Assembly: GCA_031835245.2 (NCBI GenBank)
Contig: JAVKOQ020000066.1
Coordinates: 1-64,000, forward strand
Source: Balamuthia mandrillaris
Taxonomy: Eukaryota
Direction of reading: 5' to 3'
DNA: 64,000 bases
The translations under genes and the position numbers were made by a program. The notes under the pieces are model-generated. The model ran no database searches, was not told the origin of the DNA, and saw only the letters and a list, made by a program, of their open reading frames with translations. This document shows, piece after piece, positions 36,241 to 47,100 of this stretch; positions within the stretch are counted from its first letter, which is position 1; each line of letters begins with the position of its first letter.

Positions 36241-36547
36241 CTCACCCTCCGGTTGCGCTTCTTTCTTTAAAAATTACTAGAAAAGATTTGAAATTTATCG
36301 GACGCTCCATTTGAATGTGAAACTGGAATGGTCAAATAGTGTCTTTGTTCTTCCTCTCATTGCGTTTCGTTTTCGGTGGACGATATGAACGGCAGATCCG
36401 GTTTGTTACCGCGCACCAACGAAACGAAATATGCATTAAATAATCGATGATATTTCGAATCTATTTTTATTTTTTTTTTTTCAGCAAAACAAAAGAGAAA
36501 AAAAAGTAGTAGAGCACAACACACACAACCTCTCAAGAGCAGATTTG

Positions 36548-38979
36548 ATGGAAGAACACCACAACGCCGTGGCAGGCTTGCGCTTGCTACGGGAGCAGCT
36601 CGCGTCCCTCCTGGGACCCTCCTCTTCTCTCGATTGGTTCTCCACTCGCCTCGAAGAAATCGAGCAAACCGCCTCCGATGAGGCTGAGGACAAAACCTCC
36701 ACTAAAAAGACATCCATCAGCGCCACGCGGGCGTTGAGTGCCACTCGCAAGAGCTTGGGCGTGGCGCAAGAGCTCATGCGGGAGCTGGAAGAGAGGGCAG
36801 AGACCAAGGAGCTTATGGCAGCGTGCAAAGCCTCGGGTGCGTTCAAGGCTGACCCCGCCGCCGCCGCCGCCTCGTCGAAGAAAAAAAGGGTGGAAGGGCG
36901 GCTGCGAGACGCCGTGGTGGAGCTGCAACAGGTGTTGGGATTGTTGCAGCTGGTGGTGCTTGGGGTTATGGGCGGAGAGGAAGGGGAAAATCAACGGGCA
37001 GAGCCAGGAAACGAAACACAACAAGCGCCAGTGCTCCTTTGGGTCGACGATCAACCTGGTACATTTTCCTCTCTCTCTTCTCCCTCCCTCTCCCTGCTTT
37101 TTATCTTCTCTGTTTCTCTGCCTCTCTCTTTCGCTCACTATAACGTTTTCTTTTGTTTTCCCCCTTTCAACCACGCTCGATCAGACAATAACGCAAAGGA
37201 AGTGGCAATCGCGACGGGCCTAGGGTGGACGGTCGTTCAGAAAAAGAGCACGCAAGAGGCCAAGGAATACCTGGAGGCCAATCCCGACCTTAAGGCCCGG
37301 CCCTTTGCTTCCTTTCGTATCATAAGTGACATTTTTAGACCAGGTATGAGCATTTTATTGCATTCCATGAGCCTATTTACCTTTCTAATTGTCTTTTTGT
37401 GTCCCTCTGGCAATAATAGATGAGGGTGATGACGCAGCCAAGAATCTTATTACGTGGTTGAGAGAGAATGGATGGGCAACCCCGGTGATGATTTATTGTG
37501 GCAAGAGCTTAAACGCTATTTCCTTGCAAGCTCTCTTTCCTTTGGTGCTGGCTTGTTCCTCCGATACCCACCTCTTTCTTTATTTGCCAGAGAGATCGAC
37601 CAATATTTCAACCTCCTCCACCTCTTCCACCTCCTCCGCCTCTAATGGTGCTATTGAGGGAGTGAAAGCGCTACAAGAGAGCAAAGAGGACGTTAAATTG
37701 GAAGAAAACAGTGAAGATAAGGGAAAAGAAAAAGAAGATGCAAAAGAAGAAGAAAGGGAGAAGCAAAAAGAAATAGCAGAAGAGGCGGCAGACAACTCTA
37801 TTAAGGAGGAAGAACGTAAACAAAGCTCAGTAGACGAAGAAGATATCGACATAGAAGGAGATCTGGATTTAGAGCTCGTTGAAAATGAGAGCAGTGACGC
37901 CACTGATAAGAAATTACTTACAACTGGTGAAGAAGAGGAAGATGTTGATGTGGAAGTGGAGCAGATGCTAGCTGAATTTGAACAGCATAAAACTCCAGTA
38001 GCTACGACCACCACAACTGTTGTAGCTCAACGTGGTCTACCATCAGATGAAGTGACCCAGTTGCCTAGCGAAGAACTTTCTGAGCAAGTTGCTGAGTTGG
38101 TGGAGGAAGAAGAATCAACATCAGTGGAGAAAGAAGCCGTGGCCATTGCACAGCACATTAAGGACAATGAAGAAGAAAATGAAATGAAGGAAGAAGAGGA
38201 GGAAGAGGAACCAACTGAAAGCAAAATCGCTCAAGTAGAAGAAATTGAACCAGTCGACAATTCGAGTGTGGAGAGTAGTGTTGAAGCGGAGGACGAAAGT
38301 ATCCACGTGGAAGGTCCGGTTCGTTGTATAGCAGGACTGCCCACCAGTTTCATTCTCCTTCCTCGTTCAGCGCTTTTAGGCAAAGACAAAGGCGTAGAGG
38401 TAGATCTTCAAGGCCCAGATGACATCAGCCCGAAGCTTGAGGCCACTGACGAGAACAATCTTGCCATCAGCTTTCTTCCCACTATTGCAGGGGAGTACTA
38501 TGCTCACATCAAGGTCGCTGGTGTACCAATAAGCAACAGTCCCTATAAATTTAAAGTAATCCCAGGTTTGTCACGCTTTTCCCTCTTCTTCTCGTTTCTT
38601 CCCTAGTTTTTTGACTTTCTTGTCTTTACTTTGTTTGTTTATAAATAGGTACATGCGATGCTTCCACCACATTCTTGTCGGAAGGCGAAGCGGGTCAAGA
38701 GTGCGTAATTCAAGCAGGACAAGGTCATAGCTTCCTTGTCTCAACTCGAGACAGGTACGGTAATTCACTACAGGTAGGCGGGGAGACTTTCTTTGCGTCG
38801 GTAATACCCCCTCTGGAGTCCGCGAGCAACAAACCACAGGTGGTAGATAACGATGACGGCACTTATTTCATTCGGTTGACTCCTACCCAGGCCGGTGAGT
38901 ACAGTCTTCAGGTTTTATTGGATGGAACTCCTATTTTAGGTAGCCCGTTTCCTTTTCAAGTCGCGCATGGTGTGTCATT

Positions 38980-39016
<37 letters not shown>

Positions 39017-40640
39017 ATGGGCCACTTACTTTAATCTCTTCCTTCGGGATTAAAGGGCGAAGCGATGCAAAGCATTGCGAACTCATTGCAGAAGAAGTAA
39101 TAGAAGATGAAGAAGAAGGAGAGAAGGCGCCCAGCAGGATAGCAGGCCCCAAGAACTACATCGTGGGCAAAGTCAATACCTTCACAATCCTTAGCAGAGA
39201 CGCCTTTGGCAACCTGTGTACGGAAGGTGGCGAAAATGACGACGGTGAGTTCTTGGTTCGATTGTATGAACATTCGCCCATGTCCACTTCGCCACTGTTG
39301 GAAGGCTTTGTATGCGACCTCCACGATGGCCGTTTTACTGTGTCCTATTTTCCAACTCGTCGCGCTGAGAATCAACGTTATGAACTGCACGTGCTGCTTC
39401 GGAGGGAAGGTGTTGAGGAGCACTTGCATGGCAGTCCCTGTTATGTTTATCCGCTGGCCTCCTCTCTTTCTTCTTCCTCTGAGAGTATTTCCAAGGTTAG
39501 TTTCTTTTCTTTCGCTATTATCATTGGTATTCTTGTTTCTTACCATCAGTTGAATTATGCACGCAGAAACGAAAGCATGAGTCGATTGAGGGACAGAACC
39601 ATGTCAAAAAAACCGGAGTAACCAAGGCTCAGACATCAAAACTAACCGCTCCTTTTATAACAAACAAAAAGGCTAAGCAAGAAGAAGAGAAATCAGAAGC
39701 ACGAAAACAAAAAGAACCAGAAACACAAAAGCGAGAGGAAGAAAAGCAGAAACAAATGGACGAAGAAGCTACACAACTACCCGAGGAAACGATAAAAGAA
39801 AAAACAGTGGAACAAAAAATGGGAGACGAAGGGGGTGAACCTAACGACGAGACACAACAAAAGCGAGCAGGAGAAGTACAAGTAGAGGAAGCGGTAGTTC
39901 AGGAGAAAGCACAAGAGTCTGAAGGAGGAGATGAGGAGGAAGAACAAGAGGACATGCAACCTACATTACTCTATGAACCTCTGCATCGAGAAAAAGAAGA
40001 GGATGAAGAGGAGGAGGAAGAAGAATATCCCGCAACAATTGCTTATATCCCCCACGACAATCAAGATGAAGAAGAGGAGGAAGAAAAAGAGAATGACGAA
40101 CAAACATTTTCGACCAGCGGCAAAGACACAACTGAAGATGTAGATGTGGATGACACGAACGAGAGCGTGGAAGACGTTCCAAACGAATTGTATGTGGCAG
40201 CAACACTACCACTGAGCGAAGTATATGTAAGCGGAAAGGAGGACAGTAAAGAAAAAACGGTGAAAGAAGAAGAGGCGGAAGAAGAGATTAACGATGATGT
40301 CGCCCCCACATTACCCTTATATGCTGATGCAATCATTGTTGGTGATAAAGAGGAAGATTCGACACGACCAGCTGTGACCATCATGGAAACAGAACCTCTT
40401 CCACAAACGACGCTGCACTCCGAGTCTTTGTTGCCTCCTTCCACAGTGACAGAAATGGTGGAGGAGGCGCCAACGTTGCTTTTGGATCAGGCCGAAATGG
40501 ATATGACCACCGATACGACGACCACAACGACGGCGACACATTTTATGGAGGCCACTATTCCCATCGCTATGGAAGAGGATACGGCGGAAGCTATGATGGA
40601 AGAAGAGGAGGAAGATGCTACTTTGCCTATTGACGATTGA
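36548..40640 (+). CDS. Multidomain protein: receiver-like domain, acidic linker, three filamin/Ig repeats and acidic tail with repeated Thr motifs
   Basis: VLLWVDDQPDNN...IISDIFRP...PVMIYCG (REC-like). Filamin motifs AGEY...GVPISNSPY, TRDRYGN...DNDDGTY...GSPF and SRDAFGN...DLHDGRF...HGSP. Confidence 0.8.
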
Positions 40641-41130
40641 TGGAGATGTAGTGAACTTCCGCTACATACGACAATGTAAAGAAAAGCAAAGAAAGAAAGA
40701 GGAGGAAAAGAAAAAAAAAACAACCTCAAGCCACAACCACAAACCACAAACCACACACTTCTTCTACAAAAACCTTTCAGTGGGACGATAAAAACGGAGG
40801 TGAGTATACAAGGTATGTGTCTCCTCTCTCCTAACCTCTTTCTTTACCTTCTTCTTTTTCTTTTCTTGTCTTTTCTTTTTCTCTTCCTCGGTCCCCTTTT
40901 TCTTTCTTTATTGTTTTTTTTCTTCCAATGTATCTCGCTTGCGCAAAGGCCGTTCACGCCTCATCTTCACTGTCGTCATCCTCTGCACCATCCCTCTCTT
41001 CATCTTGCTGACAAGCACCATTTCCTTCCTTCTACACCGACACCTTTATCTCCACTATTTATTTTATTTTATTTTGAATTGTTCCTGTAACCAATGAACG
41101 CTGTACATCTTTTTTTTTCACGCATCCTTT

Positions 41131-41285
41131 CTTCTTCTGCCCTCTCTGCTCTCTGTTCTTTCCTTCTCTCCTTCTCTGCTCTCTGCTCTCTGCTCTCTCT
41201 TCTCTCCTTCTCTCTCTCTGCTCTCTCCTCTCTCCTCTCTCTCTGCTCTCTGCTCTCTGCTCTCTCCTCTCTCCTCTCTCCTCTG
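41131..41285. repeat. CT-rich (CTCTG/CTCTC) low-complexity tract
   Basis: Read directly. Confidence 0.85.
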
Positions 41286-41369
41286 TGTCGGCATAAAATC
41301 AAGGGTGTTATCTGTTGTGGGAAAAAAAAGTGTAGCGAGTAGGAAACAACGTGGTGACAGCGAAACAAG

Positions 41370-43258
41370 ATGTTCGGTCTAGGCGGAACCGCGTGTCCCT
41401 TTCCCGAATGCTTCTACTGCGTGCAGAACGACCCCGCGAAGCTCAAAAAGTACTTTCGAAAGCTGCCCAAGAGCGAGGCGGAAGACCTCGAAGGCGTCGT
41501 CATGCCCATCAGCTCGGTCTGGCAGAGCCTCAAACAAGGGCTGGGAGGAGGGCCGGGCTTCACCGTTCGCCTCGTGGAGTGCGGGTTCATCGAATGTCTG
41601 GTCCGGCTGCTGGTTCGAGGGCGGGAGAAAGAGTGGTTCGCCTACGATCAAAACGTCTACGTGCCCTTTTACTCCCTGGAGATCTTGTACCTCCTCTTCG
41701 ATACCAACAGCGAGTGGAGGCAGAGGGCGATCCAGGCGGGGCTCGTGCAGGCCACCATCCCTTACTTCATGGGAGAGAAGACCTGGGCGGAGCAGCGGGT
41801 GGCCATCAAGGTCTTCCTGCGGCTGCTCCAGGGAAAGGCGCACACGCTGTCGAATCTTTGTCCACAGGAGGCACCGTCCCTCGTCGAGAAGGCTTGTGAC
41901 GTCGTGCAGAACAGCTTGGACAAAGTCTACTGTAACTTTATACGATTTGAAGGTGCAAGGTAGCTTCATACGTTCCTCTCTTCTTCTCTTCTTTTCTCTT
42001 CTCTCCGTTCTCCTTTCTCCTTTCTTCAAACAAATGGTAATCCCTTGCACCTTCAGGACGCCACACATCTGCGACTTGCTGACCAGAGGCCAGGGTAGTG
42101 GTACTGAGGAGGCCACTTCTGCAATGGTGTGGGTAGGCGATATGCAAGGAGATGCCTTGCACTTTCTGGGGGAGGCCCTGCAGAGTAAGGATTGCCTCAC
42201 AGCAAGCAGTGAGGCTGCCATCCGGGGTCTCTTCAAGGCCTTGCCCAGCCTCAGTGATGTTGTGGTCCTCTCTCTGCCCTTCCCTCTCTTCACCGAAACT
42301 CAGTACCTCACCTATCATGCCAGCCACTTTGCAAGCCTGCGGAGGGCGATGGCTGCAGAACCTGCATTGATGGAGCTGTTGGCTCGGACGTTGTGTACCA
42401 AGTTCGTTACTAAGGAAGGCATCGCAGCGGCTATCAACTTGCTCAAGTTTAACGTCGATGCTGTGGGAGACATCTTAGGTCCAGCTCTTGCAGCAGTACG
42501 TCTTCTTCCACTCATTCTCTCTTCTCTCTCTCTCTCTCTCTCGCGTTTGTTTCTCATGTGTTATGCAGAACGTGGAGCTAAAGCTAGACGGGCACGATTT
42601 CGGCGCAGACATCATAAGCGCTGCCCAAACTCTCCCACAACCGCTATGTTCCACCGAAATGGCCTACCTCCATGACATCCTTGCCTTTGAGAAATACCTC
42701 GCCGCCCAACGAAAACTCTCCCAGCAGGAACTTTTGGCAGACCAACACAAAGCCCAAGAGCTCAAGACCCAAGGCAACGCCGCCTTTAGCCAACAACATT
42801 TCCCTGAGGCCATCCACCACTATCGAGAAGCCCTTGATGTAGTCCCTCTGAAAGCACGCCAGGACCGCATCGCCATCTATGGCAACATGGCAGAGTGTTA
42901 TCGCAGGCAGGAGGAGTTTACTAGTGCTCTGCTGGCAACCACTCGCGCTTTGTGTTTGGCACAAAAGGGAGAGGCCCTGCACGAGAAAAACGCCTTGCGA
43001 CGGATGAACGCCTTTATGGGGTTGGGCTGTGCTGGCCTGGCCTACTTGGAACTGGCCAACCTGGAGGACCAGCAGCCCTCGTCCTCGAGCAGCGGCGTCA
43101 CGGAGGGCTTGATCGCAAAGGTGACGGAGCGATGCAGCTGTCTGAGCTGGTTGGAGAGGAAGCACGGGCGTATGGTCTACGAGGATGAGGAGCCTGTAGG
43201 GAAGGACAAGAAGACCTTTGAGGCCGTACGGAAAGCCAACTACGCTCTTTTCGAGTGA
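41370..43258 (+). CDS. ARM-repeat/TPR protein resembling the plant At5g10200-type family (3 exons)
   Basis: CPFPECFYC, YFRKLP...VMPISSVW and W..YDQNVYVPFY match the recalled plant family N-terminus. C-terminal TPR KTQGNAAFSQQHFPEAIHHYREAL...YGNMAECY. Confidence 0.75.
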
Positions 43259-43632
43259 ATCGACCGAAAGCTTTCTCTCCTCTTTTTTTGCCTCTCTTTG
43301 CCGTTTTGTTCTATGTGGTTTAATCTCATGTCGTCATGTAAATGATAATACTACCAAATTCCGAGGCAAGGAATGCGAAGAATGAGTTCCGGGATATTTC
43401 CCCGACCGAGGGTTTTCGCTGAAGAAACTCCGCACAAAGAAAAGAAAGCGTGCTCTTGTATCCCCCCATCTTCTCCCCTTTTTTCTTTTTTCTTTTTAGT
43501 CTACAGACCCCCTTTTACACCCCGGTACTAGGACTCTGCCTTAAAGTGAGTGCACTAATCCCTTTCTTCTTGTATCCCTTTCTTCTTGTATCCCTTTGTG
43601 TGTCTCCGATTTCTAACCGCTATCGATGTAGT

Positions 43633-44010
43633 ATGCGTATCATTGCTGCTTACTTGCTTGCAGTGCTAGGCGGGAACTCGAGTCCTGATGCCGATGCCAT
43701 CAACAAGATCCTCGGCTCCGTAGGAGTAGAAGCCGACTCCGAGGAAGTCGACCGCTTGCTCAAGGAATTGGACGGCAAGGACGTCTTTGAGCTCATCGAG
43801 AAGGGCAAGGGCAAGCTTGCCTCCGTTCCCACTGGTGGCGCCGTTGCTGCTGCTTCCGCCCCCGCTGGTGGCGCTGCTCCCGCTGGTGCTGCCGCCGACA
43901 AGGAGGAAAAGAAGAAGGACGAAGAGGAGGCCGCTGATGGCATGGACTCTCTCTTCGGTGAGGAGGATGGAGGAGGCATGGGTCTCTTCGGTGATGACGA
44001 TGACTATTAA
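43633..44010 (+). CDS. RPLP2: 60S acidic ribosomal protein P2
   Basis: MRIIAAYLLAVLGGN, ILGSVGVEAD, ELDGKD..ELI..GK.KLASVP, Ala-rich hinge and acidic tail. Probable 5'UTR intron about 43450-43631. Confidence 0.93.
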   Translation: MRIIAAYLLAVLGGNSSPDADAINKILGSVGVEADSEEVDRLLKELDGKDVFELIEKGKGKLASVPTGGAVAAASAPAGGAAPAGAAADKEEKKKDEEEAADGMDSLFGEEDGGGMGLFGDDDDY

Positions 44011-44139
44011 ACTCTTTCCTCTGTTCACATAATCCTCTGTACAAACTATCCACCGTGTGGACGGGGATCGGGGGCGGAGGCCTCAATAAAGAGTCGGTCC
44101 TTTATAATCACAACAAAGTCTCCTTTTTTTCCTTTATTT

Positions 44140-47100
44140 TTATAAGTCACTTAGATCAACACCGAAAGCGGAAATCTTTCGTTTTGCGTCTTCATAGCCC
44201 TCCTGCAGCTTCTCTTGGAAGGGAATCTGATCAGCAGTGATGAGGCTGTTGTTGAGGGCTAAGGCCTGACCGCAAGTCTTGACGAACTTCCTCATAACTC
44301 TCCGCAGTTTGGCGACTTTCTCCTCCGGATACCTGCTGGCATTGCCCAAGAAGATCTCGCAGATGGCCAATGGACCCGCGTTTACCTCTGCAAAGGCTCA
44401 ACTTTAGAGAGGAGAGAAACCCGCGAGCAAAGAGAGAAGAGAAAAGAGAAGGGGAGAGAAAAGAGCGAAAGAGGAAAACATACGCAACAAGACGCTGCCT
44501 TGCAACACAATTTGCAGCGTTTTGGTGTTGGGTGCTTTGCTGGACAGCTCGTGCTGCAAAGCTGTAATTCTGCCTTTGATGAGATCGATAGAGTTTTCAA
44601 TAGGCGACAGGACAAACTGAAAAAAAAAACCCCATCAGCAACAAAAGAAAGAGAGAAAGAGAGGAACAGATACAAACCTCTTCCTTCTTAACCACGCGAA
44701 TACGTTTCTTCATGGAAGGAAAAGGTGTTTCCGTGGTGAGCACCGTCTTACGTTTGTGGAGGTCTTCCATGTTGTCTCCCATTTTCTTTCCTTCCAGCAC
44801 GAACGGCGTCTCAAAGACGAACCGCTTGAGGTTGAAGATGCGCTCGAAGGGAGTGGTGCGCTCTTTGCTCTCCTCCTTGTCCAGATACTCTGCTGTCTCG
44901 ATGACTTGAATGTAGAGCTTCTCTGGATCCAACGCGGATCTATCTACAGGTTTATTGGGCAACACTTCAACTTTGTCCAATCCAAACTTGCTTGCAAATT
45001 GTTCCTATAGGAAACATCGAATTAGATTAGATAAAGAAGGCAGAGATGGTAACAGAAGAAGGAGAGGATACTTTTAAGCGGCCTGCAATGTCTCCTAAAC
45101 GGATGGAGGCATGTTCCTTGTAGATAAATTCATTTCCATCCAAATGTTCAAAGGCCTTACCATAGAATCCAACACGATAATACTTGCTAAACAATCGACT
45201 CTTTCCTTCGTTCTATAAAACCAAAATCATAAACGAGTGAATAAGAGAATAAAAGAAAGCAAGAAAAAAAAAAAAAGGCGAAAGCGAAACTTACAGCAAG
45301 AACGATTTTGTCGCAAAGTTTATGCAAGTCATCGAAGCACTCCACAAGTTTGCCATAGTCATGGTTCTTTTGATGAATGGACGTGAGAACGTGATAGATC
45401 TCGATACATGTCTCATAGAGCTCTCCTTCCTTTAGCATGTCTACTGCAAGGAACAGCTCTTCAAACAAGCCTCTCCTCGTGAATTGCTTTATCGTACAAA
45501 TTCCTTCTTCCTAAATGTTGCCAACAAAAGAGAGAAAAGGATGAGCCATTTTCGGTTAAAACAGATGAAAGGATATAGACGAACCGTGTCCAGTTGAGGA
45601 AGATTGAGCTCTCCACCGATGTTGGGGGCTGCTCGTCGGAATGCTGATTTGTCAACAGGGATAGCTTCGGGAGATTTAAGCAAGGCCAAATAGCCACACA
45701 CAAGAGCGGCTATGTGTATCTTGCACTGCGCAGCCTCTTCATGGTTTCTTTTCTAAGAGACATAGGTGCAAAGAAAGAACCAAGTTAGAAAAGGGAGAAT
45801 AGGGGGAAGACAGAAGGTGATACACGAACCTCTTGATGGAAAACTGAGAGATTATGAAGCCAGATAACACGCAGGTCAGGAGAGTCCGTATAACCCTCCG
45901 ATGTTTCTAAATATAACTCAGCAGTGGTTTCCGGATCATAACTGTACTTGGCGATACGGAAGTGGTTGCGAAGGGCAGTGGATAGACGATCCACCAACTG
46001 ACGAACCTCAGGAGCGAATCGAGAGTCCTTGATGAAGTCCTTCGAGGCGAAGTTGGCGATAGCTTCCAATGCTCTCTTCAAGTGGGTGTCCTCCTTCCCA
46101 ACATTGGCTTTGACCATGCGCTCCGTCGCAATCGTGATTTGGAGCTTCATGCGAGAAAAGTTGCCCTTTTCTTGGAAGTTGCGCTAATAACAAACATACA
46201 AACAAATCAACAAGCAGCAACATAATAATACAAGCAATAAACAACAGAAGAAATGGAGAAAGCAGAAGAAAAAGATAAAGAACAAACGTACTCGTATCAT
46301 CAAATAGAGAATGGCAGAAGCATGAGAACGAACAGCACTAGAATTGAAATCACAGTGTCGAAGTATCTCGTAGGTGAGCTCTCCACAGTTGGTGATGTGA
46401 GCATGGCTGCCATGAAGGAACAACATCTTTGCAAAAACGTTGACGATGAGGCGCAACGCTCGGAACATGTGAAGCAAGAACGCCTCTGATTGGTTCATGC
46501 GAAGCAGCATGACCAACACGGGAAGCACCTCGTTAGCGTAGGCACTCCCTTCGCTGTTCAGCTCTTTCTGCTGGTCCACCATAAATGCCATCACCAGATC
46601 TAACACAGTCAAACTTACTTCCAAACCCAAGTTTGCTTCCTGATAAAAAGATTATGAAAAAACAAAAATAATAAATAATTATGCAGAGAAGAAAATGACA
46701 AAGAGAAAGAGAAGACAAAGAAGTACTTTAGGATCCTGTTCCACTTTTATGGCAGGTCGGTGAAGGGTGGATGTTTGAACTTGAGCGGGAGGAGTAAAAG
46801 TGCCCGAGTTGGAGCTGGAGTCACGCTTGCTTCGCCGTCCCAACAGCTTCTTGCTGCTTTTGGCTTTTTTGTCAAACTTCTCTTTGTTGGCCTTTTCAAG
46901 TTCTTTCTGTTTGGCCAAAGCCTAAATAATTATAAAAACAAACATGAGGCATGGCCATGTTTCAGTCTTTCATAGTAAAGAGATAGGCAAGAGAACGGAC
47001 GAAGCATGGTCATGTTTCAGTTTTTCATAGTAAAGATAGGCAAGAGAACAGATATTACCAGTTGAAGAGCATCTTCCTTTGCTTTGGCAAGCGGATCATA

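Noticed and set aside
40800..40950. Intron-like segment (GTGAGT/GTATGT donors, pyrimidine tract) after the filamin gene stop
   Set aside because: No coherent coding continuation could be built. It may be a 3'UTR intron but is unsupported.
45005..45071. DOCK intron beginning GTATCCTC (minus strand) as a second U12 intron
   Set aside because: Imperfect donor with U2-like CTAAT branch motifs; probably chance.
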